The translations under genes were made by a program, and so were the position numbers. From positions 1 through 34,106 of the forward strand of contig CAVZMI010000016.1 of NCBI GenBank assembly GCA_963776275.1: a stretch of DNA of 34,106 nucleotides, in the 5' to 3' direction. Numbering within the stretch: the first letter of the stretch is position 1; each line of letters opens with the position of its first letter. The stretch comes from Ignavibacteriota bacterium (lineage in GTDB: Bacteria; Bacteroidota; Ignavibacteria; UBA10030; CAVZMI01). The notes below the pieces were generated by a model. The model worked only from the letters and a program-made list of their open reading frames with translations. It was not told the DNA's origin and did not search any database. Shown piece by piece: positions 1 through 10,644 of this stretch.

Positions 1-794
1 CGGTTTCGGCATAAATGTCACAGTCTTATTCATTGCTCTTGCGGTATTTTTGACGATATATTTGAAGAGCATCAGATTATCGGCCATCCTCACAAGCGGT
101 GCATATCGGAGATCAATTTCAGCCTGACCCGCCGTTGCGACTTCATGATGTGAAGCCTCAATATGTAATCCGACTGACAAGAGGTTCTTAACCATTGCAT
201 CGCGTACCTCGAGGGTTGCATCGGCCGGCGGGACGGGAAATATCCCTCTTTGTAGCGAGGTTTATATCCAAGATTTGGTTTTTCTTCGCGTCCACTGTTC
301 CATCGGCCCTCGTTCGAATCAACATAGTAATAACTTGAGTGTTCGTTAGTGTCGAAACGAACATCGTCGAGAATAAAAAATTCTGCTTCCGGTCCATAAT
401 AAGCCGTATCAGCGACACCGGTGGATTTCAGATATGCCTCTGCTTTCTGGGCAATATTACGCGGACAACGTCCATATTTTTCTTTTGTGAGTGGTTCGTA
501 CACATCGCATATGATGCTCATTGTCTTGAACGTCGAGAATGGGTCGATAACGGCTGTTTCCGGATCCGGGATAATCAGCATGTCGCTTTCGTGAATCGTT
601 TTCCATCCACGAATGCTCGATCCATCAAATCCATGGCCATCTTCGAAGCTATTCTCAGTAAATTCGCCAACTGGAACAGAGAAGTGTTGCCATAATCCGG
701 GGAAGTCCATGAATTTAAAGTCCACCATCTTGACATTTTCGTCTTTCACGAGCTTCATGACTTTTTCGATTTCACCAATGTTTTTCTTCATCAT
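1..794 (-). pseudogene. glnA: Mirror copy of the 5' half of glutamine synthetase I; frameshifted and cut by the window edge
   Basis: Identical to the 8325-9755 protein up to KEGYFP, then one base is missing from a G4/C4 run near 235 (GGG here vs CCCC at 8882-8885). Confidence 0.85.
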
Positions 795-874
795 AATTTG
801 TCCTCACTTTTTGTTTATATTTTTTCCTTTTTAATTTTTCCTTTTTAATTTTGAGTAAGTATTCTTTTCTTTTT

Positions 875-1363
875 CTATCGCTGTTGATGTTCAACTTTGG
901 CAAACTGAACCTTCGGTATTTTTACATGCAAAGATTCCTTGATCGGCGAGAGAACTACATTTGTTGTCGTCTTGACTACACCAGGCCATACCTGGATTCT
1001 TGCAAGGAGTTTTTCCAGTGCCAGCGTGTCCTCGCAGCGAATTTTGATAAGATGAGTTCCTTCGCCGGTGATGGAATGGCACTCCATGATTTCATCGACG
1101 GGCTTCACATGTTCAATGAAAGTCGGATAATGTTTTGACGAATCCACCGTTACCAAGACAAATGCAGTAAGCCCTTTTCCGAGCTTTTGTGGATCAAGAA
1201 GAGCAAAATATCCCATAATGTAACCGTCATCCTCCAATTTCCTCATCCTCTCACTTGCCGCAGGGATCGAGAGTCCGACCAATGAAGCTAGATCGCTCCG
1301 TCGTGTCCGTCCGTTTTTCTGAAGGATTTCAAGAATCTTTAGGTCGATTTCATCGAGGATCAT
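875..1363 (-). CDS. Mirror copy of Lrp/AsnC family regulator
   Basis: 162 aa identical to 7756-8244. Confidence 0.85.
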   Translation of the reverse strand: MILDEIDLKILEILQKNGRTRRSDLASLVGLSIPAASERMRKLEDDGYIMGYFALLDPQKLGKGLTAFVLVTVDSSKHYPTFIEHVKPVDEIMECHSITGEGTHLIKIRCEDTLALEKLLARIQVWPGVVKTTTNVVLSPIKESLHVKIPKVQFAKVEHQQR

Positions 1364-1645
1364 TGTCGACTCCTTCTCCTTTTATTATTAATAATAAATA
1401 CTATTAAACTTAATTTATTAAGGATATCAATAACATTAACGTTATAATATAAATAATAGTTGCATAATGTCAAGTATTATTAATAAAAAAATGCCATTTA
1501 TTAATAATTTTTAAGGAATTATTGCACTTTTGCTTTCATTTTTAAGGGTTGGAAAAGAGCTTGCTCGAACACGTTAGGGACAGCGATTGGTTAACAATAG
1601 GGACCACTTGGAAGAAGAAAAATTGGAACAAGAATAGTTTGTCAG

Positions 1646-2303
1646 CTATACCTGGGCAGCTTTTCTGATCTCTTTAACTGCACCTGCAATATCTTTTTTC
1701 GAGAATATGGCATTACCTACTACCAACACACTCGCTCCTGCTTTCACGACGTTTGCAGCCGTCGTCGTATCAATACCACCGTCCACTTCGATAATAGCCT
1801 TTGAATTACTCGCGGCTATCAATTCCGCAGCCTGTTCGATCTTCTGGAGCGAATGTGTAATAAATTTCTGGCCTCCAAAACCCGGATTCACCGACATGAT
1901 CAACACTATATCAAGAGGCATCTATAATCTCTTTGAGTGTCGAAACATCCGTTGTGGGATCAATGGCAGCACCGGCTTGTGCTCCAAGTTCCTTAATCCT
2001 CTTCACCGTTTGTTGGAGATGAATGCAGGTTTCTTGATGGACTGTCACAATTTTAGCTCCTGCATGTATAAACTGCTCAAGAAAATCATCGGGCTTCTGG
2101 ATCATGAGGTGAACATCAAGAGGCAACGTTGTTATCCTTTTTAAGGCTTCAACGACCAACGGACCAATTGTGATATTCGGAACGAAATGACCATCCATGA
2201 TGTCACAATGGATCCAATCGGCTTTCCCGGCCTCGGCTAGTCGAATTTGCTTTTCAAGACATGCAAAATTTGCTGAGAGAATCGAGGGGGCTATTCGAAG
2301 CAT
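1646..2303 (-). pseudogene. rpe: Mirror copy of ribulose-phosphate 3-epimerase, split by a +1 indel near 1915
   Basis: IAPSILSANF, HCDIMDGHFVPN, MSVNPGFGGQ and EVDGG motifs spread over two frames. Confidence 0.8.
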
Positions 2304-2382
2304 GAGGAGCATCCCTTCCGAAATAATATAATTTTAGAACAGATTATATTTTGAGCGACCATATTTAAGAACCGCACCACAG

Positions 2383-3165
2383 CTATTCCTTGATTTCTGG
2401 TAATTTCTTCGCACCCGGTTGAACAACAAAAAGATCAATCGCCTGTCCCATTGCAACCTGATCCCCAGGATGAGGAAATTGTGTCAGGATCGTATTAGGA
2501 ACCAGCTCAGGAGTATTTTGGTATGTGATGTTGCCTACTTTAAGTCCTTTTTGCGCCAGGAGTCTTTGTCCTTCCTGAACAGATTTCCCTATAAGGTCTG
2601 GGACACTGACCTTGCCGGTTCCATCTCCAAGACTCATAGTTATTCCGATTGAACTCCCCTTTTTGATACGCGAATTGGCGGGCACTGACTGTGCCATGAC
2701 CGTGTTTTCTGGAAATCCAGGAGAAATCTGGTATTCGACTTCACCAAGATTAAGTCCGTTACGAGTCAGTGAAAACTTTGCATCCCGTAGTGAACGACCC
2801 TTAAGATCTGGTATGAAAACCGTGAGTTCGCCTCCGCTGATGGTAAGGTATATCCTTCTTCGATATTTCACGAATGATCCTGCCGGCGGATTTTGTGCTA
2901 TAACCTGTCCTGCCGCACGTCGTAGATCGGGACGTATGTCACCCTGTCGTGTGTCGAATCCCAATGAATCCAGCTTCTCCTTTGCATTTTCGAATGTCAA
3001 TCCTTCAACATCGGGAACTTCAAGCGTACCGCCACGATTGACTATCCAGGGCATGAGAAGATTATTGAGGAATAGAAAGGAAAGAATAAGGATGCCAAAA
3101 GCGATATAGACTTTTATTGCAATCCGCGAGGTAAAAAAACCGGTAATCTTTCTTTTCAGGTCCAT
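2383..3165 (-). CDS. Mirror copy of PASTA-domain membrane protein
   Basis: Same protein as 5956-6738 except an N/D change at residue 2. Confidence 0.8.
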   Translation of the reverse strand: MDLKRKITGFFTSRIAIKVYIAFGILILSFLFLNNLLMPWIVNRGGTLEVPDVEGLTFENAKEKLDSLGFDTRQGDIRPDLRRAAGQVIAQNPPAGSFVKYRRRIYLTISGGELTVFIPDLKGRSLRDAKFSLTRNGLNLGEVEYQISPGFPENTVMAQSVPANSRIKKGSSIGITMSLGDGTGKVSVPDLIGKSVQEGQRLLAQKGLKVGNITYQNTPELVPNTILTQFPHPGDQVAMGQAIDLFVVQPGAKKLPEIKE

Positions 3166-3348
3166 TGCTCTCCCACCGTTAATAAGAAATATAGCCATTC
3201 CCGACCATATTCTCAAGTCACAATATTTTTATAATTGCTTTTCCCGCCCCTTTTTTATATATTTTTCAGCACATTTCTGCACATAAACAGAATAATGCAT
3301 GCGCTACATCCGTTTTTTATCGAAAAAACTCAAACGTAATTAAAGCTC

Positions 3349-3926
3349 ATGGATACGATCGGTCCGTAATTCACCAAAAGAAATCGGATGGATTGAAATC
3401 ATATGTGGTTGTATGTTCAGCGGGAAAACAGAGGAATTGATCCGGCGTATACGGAGGGCTCAAATCGCCAGACAGAAGGTTATAATATTTAAACCGCGAA
3501 TTGACAGTCGCTTCAGCAAAGATCATATCGTTTCCCACAGTGAACAATCATTCATCTCAACGCTGGTCGACGATGCATCGGAAATCCCGGCACTTGCCGC
3601 AGACGCTCAAGTGATCGGAATCGATGAGGGGCAATTCTTCAAGGAAAATCTTGTCTCGATATGCGAGGAACTTGCCGACGCGGGAAAGCGAGTCATTGTA
3701 GCAGGACTTGATCAAGATTTTCGCTGGCCGGCCATTCGAGCCAATGCCGCAACTTCTTGCTGTCGCCGAGTACATTACAAAAACGCTTGCAATCTGTGTC
3801 GTCTGTGGAAACCCGGCTGATAGAACACAGCGAAAGAGCCGGACATCGATCGAACGGATTGCCGTGGGTGCCGCCGATCTGTATGAAGCACGATGCCGGA
3901 AATGTTTTGATCCCCCGAAAGAATAA
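3349..3926 (+). pseudogene. tdk: Mirror copy of thymidine kinase, with indels
   Basis: [20 protein letters not shown] and C-terminal [12 protein letters not shown] lie in different frames. Confidence 0.8.
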
Positions 3927-3977
3927 TAAAAAATATATTCCTTCACTGCTGTCTTTTTTTTTTTGGAGAAAATCTGC

Positions 3978-4515
3978 ATGGATTTCATCTCCCTCATTCG
4001 CGGCCTGATTGGCATGTGTGTTATTCTCGGAATAGCATTTCTCTTCTCGAACAACAAACGGAAGGTCAATTGGCAGCTTGTCGGAATGGGAATATTGATT
4101 CAGGTCATTTTTGCTATTTTTATTATCTACAGTGAGCAGCTTCGTAGCTCTTTTTAGACCACTTGGCTGGCCGAAGGATATTATAGCCTGGCTGGGTGGT
4201 GCAGTTGTGAGTCTACTCGGTTTCACTATGGAAGGGGCTAAATTCGTATTTGGACGCCTGGCTGTAAACTGGGTTTCGGAATTCTCTCGGTGTATATTTC
4301 GCTTTTAAAGTTCTGCCGACAATTATTTTCGTCTCCTGCCTTACTTCGGTATTGTATTATCTTGGAATTCTACAGCGGGTTGTACAGGGGATGGCGTGGG
4401 TGATGTCGAAACTCATGGGAACAAGCGGCGCTGAATCGCTGTCGAATACTGCAAATATTTTTAATCGGCCAGACCGAAGCCCCTCTGATTATACGACCGT
4501 ATATCTCAACAATGA
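3978..4515 (+). pseudogene. Mirror copy of 5' part of NupC-family nucleoside transporter, many indels
   Basis: MDFISLIRGLIGMCVILGIAFLFSNNKRKVNW, GAKFVFG and YYLGILQ...GAESLS fragments. Confidence 0.75.
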
Positions 4516-5147
4516 TTGTCCGAAGCATCCGAAGTATATGCCACCATCACACCTCCGGCAATTGTTGCCATTCCTCCAATCATGATCGTAAGAAGCTCGG
4601 AATTCGTCATTGTTGAAGTATACGGTCGTATAATCAGAGGGGCTTCGGTCTGGCCGATAAAAATATTTGCAGTATTCGACAGCGATTCAGCGCCGCTTGT
4701 TCCCATGGAATTCTTCGACATCACCCACGCCATCCCCTGTACAACCCGCTGTAGAATTCCAGATAATACAATACCGAAGTAGAGGCAGAGAGACGAAAAT
4801 AATTGTCGGCAGGACTTGAAAAGCGAAATATACACCGAGAGATTCCAAACCCGAGTTTACAGCCAGGCGTCCAAATACGAATTTAGCCCCTTCCATAGTG
4901 AAACCGAGTAGACTCACAACTGCACCACCCAGCCAGGCTATAATATCCTTCGGCCAGCCAGAGTGGTTTAAAAAAGCTACGAAGCTGCTCACTGTAGATA
5001 ATAAAAATAGCAAAAATGACCTGAATCAATATTCCCATTCCGACAAGCTGCCAATTGACCTTCCGTTTGTTGTTCGGAGAAGAGAAATGCTATTCCGAGA
5101 ATAACACACATGCCAATCAGGCCGCGAATGAGGGAGATGAAATCCAT
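4510..5147 (-). pseudogene. nupC: NupC/CNT family Na+/H+-nucleoside cotransporter, 5' part only, truncated at the fold-back apex
   Basis: CNT motifs FAFQVLPTIIF, GAESLSNTANIFIGQTEAPLIIRPY and GGMATIAGGV across frames; lies downstream of tdk. Confidence 0.85.
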
Positions 5148-5195
5148 GAGATTTTCTCCGAAAAAAAAGACAGCAGTGAAGGAATATATTTTTTA

Positions 5196-5772
5196 TTATT
5201 CTTTTGGGGGATCAAAAACATTTCCGGCATCGTGCTTCATACAGATCGGCGGCACCCACGGCAATCCGTTCGATCGATGTCCGGCTCTTTCGCTGTGTTC
5301 TATCAGCCGGGTTTCCACAGACGACACAGATTGCAAGCGTTTTTGTAATGTACTCGGCGACGGCAAGAAGTTGCGGCATTGGCTCGAATGGCCGGCCACG
5401 AAAGTCTTGATCAAGTCCTACTACAATGACTCGCTTTCCCGCGTCGGCAAGTTCCTCGCATATCGAGACAAGATTTTCCTTGAAGAATTGCCCCTCATCG
5501 ATTCCGATCACTTGAGCGTCTGCGGCAAGTGCCGGGATTTCCGATGCATCGTCGACCAGCGTTGAGATGAATGATTGTTCACTGTGGGAAACGATATGAT
5601 CTTTGCTGAAGCGACTGTCAATTCGCGGTTTAAATATTATAACCTTCTGTCTGGCGATTTGAGCCCTCCGTATACGCCGGATCAATTCCTCTGTTTTCCC
5701 GCTGAACATACAACCACATATGATTTCAATCCATCCGATTTCTTTTGGTGAATTAGGACCGATCGTATCCAT
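5196..5772 (-). CDS. tdk: Thymidine kinase (TK1-like); apparent 1-nt indel near the 3' end
   Basis: P-loop [22 protein letters not shown] and zinc CxxC pairs (CVVC, CRKC); the native end FDPPKE* is seen in the mirror copy. Confidence 0.93.
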
Positions 5773-5857
5773 GAGCTTTAATTACGTTTGAGTTTTTTCG
5801 ATAAAAAACGGATGTAGCGCATGCATTATTCTGTTTATGTGCAGAAATGTGCTGAAA

Positions 5858-5886
5858 AATATATAAAAAAGGGGCGGGAAAAGCAA
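5858..5886 (-). promoter_or_regulatory. Predicted sigma70-like promoter for tdk-nupC
   Basis: TTGCTT-17 bp-TATATT on the minus strand. Confidence 0.5.
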
Positions 5887-5955
5887 TTATAAAAATATTG
5901 TGACTTGAGAATATGGTCGGGAATGGCTATATTTCTTATTAACGGTGGGAGAGCA

Positions 5956-6738
5956 ATGAACCTGAAAAGAAAGATTACCGGTTTTTTTACCTCGCGGATT
6001 GCAATAAAAGTCTATATCGCTTTTGGCATCCTTATTCTTTCCTTTCTATTCCTCAATAATCTTCTCATGCCCTGGATAGTCAATCGTGGCGGTACGCTTG
6101 AAGTTCCCGATGTTGAAGGATTGACATTCGAAAATGCAAAGGAGAAGCTGGATTCATTGGGATTCGACACACGACAGGGTGACATACGTCCCGATCTACG
6201 ACGTGCGGCAGGACAGGTTATAGCACAAAATCCGCCGGCAGGATCATTCGTGAAATATCGAAGAAGGATATACCTTACCATCAGCGGAGGCGAACTCACG
6301 GTTTTCATACCAGATCTTAAGGGTCGTTCACTACGGGATGCAAAGTTTTCACTGACTCGTAACGGACTTAATCTTGGTGAAGTCGAATACCAGATTTCTC
6401 CTGGATTTCCAGAAAACACGGTCATGGCACAGTCAGTGCCCGCCAATTCGCGTATCAAAAAGGGGAGTTCAATCGGAATAACTATGAGTCTTGGAGATGG
6501 AACCGGCAAGGTCAGTGTCCCAGACCTTATAGGGAAATCTGTTCAGGAAGGACAAAGACTCCTGGCGCAAAAAGGACTTAAAGTAGGCAACATCACATAC
6601 CAAAATACTCCTGAGCTGGTTCCTAATACGATCCTGACACAATTTCCTCATCCTGGGGATCAGGTTGCAATGGGACAGGCGATTGATCTTTTTGTTGTTC
6701 AACCGGGTGCGAAGAAATTACCAGAAATCAAGGAATAG
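5956..6738 (+). CDS. Membrane-anchored protein with three PASTA domains
   Basis: N-terminal TM helix, then repeats VPDVEG, IPDLKG and VPDLIG, each with a Q.P..G motif. ATG 5956 follows GGGAGAG; PASTA-rpe adjacency. Confidence 0.88.
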   Translation: MNLKRKITGFFTSRIAIKVYIAFGILILSFLFLNNLLMPWIVNRGGTLEVPDVEGLTFENAKEKLDSLGFDTRQGDIRPDLRRAAGQVIAQNPPAGSFVKYRRRIYLTISGGELTVFIPDLKGRSLRDAKFSLTRNGLNLGEVEYQISPGFPENTVMAQSVPANSRIKKGSSIGITMSLGDGTGKVSVPDLIGKSVQEGQRLLAQKGLKVGNITYQNTPELVPNTILTQFPHPGDQVAMGQAIDLFVVQPGAKKLPEIKE

Positions 6739-6817
6739 CTGTGGTGCGGTTCTTAAATATGGTCGCTCAAAATATAATCTGTTCTAAAATTATATTATTT
6801 CGGAAGGGATGCTCCTC

Positions 6818-7473
6818 ATGCTTCGAATAGCCCCCTCGATTCTCTCAGCAAATTTTGCATGTCTTGAAAAGCAAATTCGACTAGCCGAGGCCGGGAAAGC
6901 CGATTGGATCCATTGTGACATCATGGATGGTCATTTCGTTCCGAATATCACAATTGGTCCGTTGGTCGTTGAAGCCTTAAAAAGGATAACAACGTTGCCT
7001 CTTGATGTTCACCTCATGATCCAGAAGCCCGATGATTTTCTTGAGCAGTTTATACATGCAGGAGCTAAAATTGTGACAGTCCATCAAGAAACCTGCATTC
7101 ATCTCCAACAAACGGTGAAGAGGATTAAGGAACTTGGAGCACAAGCCGGTGCTGCCATTGATCCCACAACGGATGTTTCGACACTCAAAGAGATTATAGA
7201 TGACTTGATATAGTGTTGATCATGTCGGTGAATCCGGGTTTTGGAGGCCAGAAATTTATTACACATTCGCTCCAGAAGATCGAACAGGCTGCGGAATTGA
7301 TAGCCGCGAGTAATTCAAAGGCTATTATCGAAGTGGACGGTGGTATTGATACGACGACGGCTGCAAACGTCGTGAAAGCAGGAGCGAGTGTGTTGGTAGT
7401 AGGTAATGCCATATTCTCGAAAAAAGATATTGCAGGTGCAGTTAAAGAGATCAGAAAAGCTGCCCAGGTATAG
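6818..7473 (+). CDS. rpe: Ribulose-phosphate 3-epimerase (apparent -1 indel at ~7205, probably a sequence error)
   Basis: Rpe motifs; adding one base restores EIIDDLDIVLIMSVNPGFGGQ. Confidence 0.92.
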
Positions 7474-7645
7474 CTGACAAACTATTCTTGTTCCAATTTT
7501 TCTTCTTCCAAGTGGTCCCTATTGTTAACCAATCGCTGTCCCTAACGTGTTCGAGCAAGCTCTTTTCCAACCCTTAAAAATGAAAGCAAAAGTGCAATAA
7601 TTCCTTAAAAATTATTAATAAATGGCATTTTTTTATTAATAATAC

Positions 7646-7675
7646 TTGACATTATGCAACTATTATTTATATTAT
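7646..7675 (+). promoter_or_regulatory. Predicted promoter for lrp-glnA in a very AT-rich region with TTATTAATAA palindromes
   Basis: TTGACA at 7646, then TATATT (16-bp spacer) or TATTAT (18-bp spacer). Confidence 0.55.
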
Positions 7676-7755
7676 AACGTTAATGTTATTGATATCCTTA
7701 ATAAATTAAGTTTAATAGTATTTATTATTAATAATAAAAGGAGAAGGAGTCGACA

Positions 7756-8244
7756 ATGATCCTCGATGAAATCGACCTAAAGATTCTTGAAATCCTTCAG
7801 AAAAACGGACGGACACGACGGAGCGATCTAGCTTCATTGGTCGGACTCTCGATCCCTGCGGCAAGTGAGAGGATGAGGAAATTGGAGGATGACGGTTACA
7901 TTATGGGATATTTTGCTCTTCTTGATCCACAAAAGCTCGGAAAAGGGCTTACTGCATTTGTCTTGGTAACGGTGGATTCGTCAAAACATTATCCGACTTT
8001 CATTGAACATGTGAAGCCCGTCGATGAAATCATGGAGTGCCATTCCATCACCGGCGAAGGAACTCATCTTATCAAAATTCGCTGCGAGGACACGCTGGCA
8101 CTGGAAAAACTCCTTGCAAGAATCCAGGTATGGCCTGGTGTAGTCAAGACGACAACAAATGTAGTTCTCTCGCCGATCAAGGAATCTTTGCATGTAAAAA
8201 TACCGAAGGTTCAGTTTGCCAAAGTTGAACATCAACAGCGATAG
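7756..8244 (+). CDS. Lrp/AsnC family transcriptional regulator
   Basis: LDEIDLKILEILQKNGR HTH start, RMRKLEDDGYI and ECHSITGE RAM-domain motif; SD AGGAG. Confidence 0.93.
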   Translation: MILDEIDLKILEILQKNGRTRRSDLASLVGLSIPAASERMRKLEDDGYIMGYFALLDPQKLGKGLTAFVLVTVDSSKHYPTFIEHVKPVDEIMECHSITGEGTHLIKIRCEDTLALEKLLARIQVWPGVVKTTTNVVLSPIKESLHVKIPKVQFAKVEHQQR

Positions 8245-8324
8245 AAAAAGAAAAGAATACTTACTCAAAATTAAAAAGGAAAAATTAAAAAGGAAAAAAT
8301 ATAAACAAAAAGTGAGGACAAATT

Positions 8325-9755
8325 ATGATGAAGAAAAACATTGGTGAAATCGAAAAAGTCATGAAGCTCGTGAAAGACGAAAATGTCAAGATGGTGGACT
8401 TTAAATTCATGGACTTCCCCGGATTATGGCAACACTTCTCTGTTCCAGTTGGCGAATTTACTGAGAATAGCTTCGAAGATGGCCATGGATTTGATGGATC
8501 GAGCATTCGTGGATGGAAAACGATTCACGAAAGCGACATGCTGATTATCCCGGATCCGGAAACAGCCGTTATCGACCCATTCTCGACGTTCAAGACAATG
8601 AGCATCATATGCGATGTGTACGAACCACTCACAAAAGAAAAATATGGACGTTGTCCGCGTAATATTGCCCAGAAAGCAGAGGCATATCTGAAATCCACCG
8701 GTGTCGCTGATACGGCTTATTATGGACCGGAAGCAGAATTTTTTATTCTCGACGATGTTCGTTTCGACACTAACGAACACTCAAGTTATTACTATGTTGA
8801 TTCGAACGAGGGCCGATGGAACAGTGGACGCGAAGAAAAACCAAATCTTGGATATAAACCTCGCTACAAAGAGGGATATTTCCCCGTCCCGCCGGCCGAT
8901 GCAACCCTCGAGGTACGCGATGCAATGGTTAAGAACCTCTTGTCAGTCGGATTACATATTGAGGCTTCACATCATGAAGTCGCAACGGCGGGTCAGGCTG
9001 AAATTGATCTCCGATATGCACCGCTTGTGAGGATGGCCGATAATCTGATGCTCTTCAAATATATCGTCAAAAATACCGCAAGAGCAATGAATAAGACTGT
9101 GACATTCATGCCGAAACCGATCTTTGCAGATAACGGATCAGGAATGCACGTCCACCAGAGTCTTTGGAAAAATGGAAAACCGCTGTTTTATGGAAATGGA
9201 TATGCAAACCTAAGTGAAATGGCGTTGAATTATATAGGTGGACTGCTCAGACATGCTCCGGCGATTTGCGCTATTGCCAGTCCTACAACAAACTCATACA
9301 AGCGTCTTGTTCCGGGTTTTGAGGCTCCCGTGAATCTCGCATACTCACAGCGAAACCGGAGTGCGGCTATTCGTATTCCGATGTATTCGGCCAATCCAAA
9401 AACGAAACGCATCGAATTCCGCTGTCCTGATCCTGCATGTAACCCATATCTTGCCTTTGCAGCGATGCTCATGGCCGGTCTTGATGGGATCATCAATAAA
9501 ATCGATCCGGGTGATCCGCTTGACAAGGATATCTATGACATGTCGCCCGAAGAATTGAAGGATGTTCCTTCAGCTCCCGGATCACTTCCCGAAGCTTTAA
9601 TGGCTCTCGAGCGTGATCATGATTTCTTGTTGCGTGGGGATGTGTTTACCGAGGATGTGATAAATGCATGGATTGACTATAAAATGGAAAAAGAAGTAAA
9701 GCCGATGGCTCTGCGTCCGCACCCTTATGAGTTTGGCCTTTATTTCGACTGTTAA
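8325..9755 (+). CDS. glnA: Glutamine synthetase type I (beta)
   Basis: [65 protein letters not shown]; adenylylation-loop-like DIYDMSPEE. Confidence 0.98.
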   Translation: MMKKNIGEIEKVMKLVKDENVKMVDFKFMDFPGLWQHFSVPVGEFTENSFEDGHGFDGSSIRGWKTIHESDMLIIPDPETAVIDPFSTFKTMSIICDVYEPLTKEKYGRCPRNIAQKAEAYLKSTGVADTAYYGPEAEFFILDDVRFDTNEHSSYYYVDSNEGRWNSGREEKPNLGYKPRYKEGYFPVPPADATLEVRDAMVKNLLSVGLHIEASHHEVATAGQAEIDLRYAPLVRMADNLMLFKYIVKNTARAMNKTVTFMPKPIFADNGSGMHVHQSLWKNGKPLFYGNGYANLSEMALNYIGGLLRHAPAICAIASPTTNSYKRLVPGFEAPVNLAYSQRNRSAAIRIPMYSANPKTKRIEFRCPDPACNPYLAFAAMLMAGLDGIINKIDPGDPLDKDIYDMSPEELKDVPSAPGSLPEALMALERDHDFLLRGDVFTEDVINAWIDYKMEKEVKPMALRPHPYEFGLYFDC

Positions 9756-9856
9756 TGCACAGGGAAAGCTTTCTGCATAGGGCAAGTTATGGCCGCTCCA
9801 TAGATATTACTCATTATGTGATTGATGGAGCGGCACTAATATAAAAAGATATGTAC

Positions 9857-9889
9857 AGCCTCACCGGCAATTTCTGGTGAGGCTTTTTT
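9857..9889 (+). terminator. Intrinsic terminator after glnA
   Basis: AGCCTCACCGG-caattt-CTGGTGAGGCT followed by a T-run. Confidence 0.85.
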
Positions 9890-9995
9890 CTGACATCCCG
9901 CAAGTACCAAATGATTTACATCACTTTTCTCACAATCTGAAAACCGTATCTTTCAGCGTTTCACTTTAGAAAATGCTTTAAGAGACTTGGAAAAC

Positions 9996-10024
9996 TTGCT
10001 TTTAATTGAAGAGTGCATTAATTT
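9996..10024 (+). promoter_or_regulatory. Predicted promoter for the apt-lemA-TPM-HK run
   Basis: TTGCTT-17 bp-TAATTT. Confidence 0.4.
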
Positions 10025-10077
10025 TCATAATATCGAATAAATATACAGCCTTTATGACAATGCAATAGGGGAATTCA

Positions 10078-10617
10078 ATGAATCATTCAATCTCTGATCG
10101 TCTACAATCGATCATCCGAAATGTCACCGATTTCCCGAAAAAAGGAATTGTGTTTCGCGATATTACTACTCTCTTACAGGATAAAAATGCATTCACATCG
10201 GTCATCGATACATTTGTCGAACAATACCGTAACATTCCCATCGACGCAGTCGTAGGGATTGAATCAAGAGGGTTTATAGTAGGTGCTGCATTGGCACATC
10301 GGCTTGGTGTCGGATTTGTCCCGATTCGCAAGCCGGGAAAGCTGCCCGCGGCAACCCTTCGCGAGGAGTATGCGTTGGAATATGGAACTGATGCCATAGA
10401 GATTCATGCCGATGCGTTGAAAAAAGGAAGTCGTGTGCTGATTCATGATGATCTCTTGGCGACCGGCGGCACTGTCGCAGCTTCGTGCAAACTTGTCGAA
10501 CGGCTCGGTGCAATTGTCGTTGGAATTTCTTTTATTATAGAGCTTACATTTCTCCATGGCCGTGCAAAACTGCAGGGATATCAAGTGACATCATTAGTAC
10601 AATACGATAGTGAATAA
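10078..10617 (+). CDS. apt: Adenine phosphoribosyltransferase
   Basis: DFPKKGIVFRDITTLL, GIESRGF, RKPGKLP, YALEYG and PRPP motif VLIHDDLLATGGT. Confidence 0.97.
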   Translation: MNHSISDRLQSIIRNVTDFPKKGIVFRDITTLLQDKNAFTSVIDTFVEQYRNIPIDAVVGIESRGFIVGAALAHRLGVGFVPIRKPGKLPAATLREEYALEYGTDAIEIHADALKKGSRVLIHDDLLATGGTVAASCKLVERLGAIVVGISFIIELTFLHGRAKLQGYQVTSLVQYDSE

Positions 10618-10644
10618 AATCATCAATGTAGGGGGATATTATTT

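Larger units (their letters stand above)
1..9119. repeat. Giant inverted repeat (fold-back), arms ~1-4515 and 4607-9119 with a 91-nt unpaired apex inside nupC; probable artefact
   Basis: Bases 1-30 are the reverse complement of 9090-9119 (1 mismatch). The ORF track shows mirrored glnA, lrp, rpe, PASTA, tdk and nupC translations. Arms end at CAATGA (4510-4515) and TCATTG (4607-4612). Confidence 0.97.

Noticed and set aside
4500-4620. Hairpin telomere of a linear replicon
   Set aside because: The apex is asymmetric and in mid-gene, the flanks are core chromosomal genes, and no protelomerase is present.
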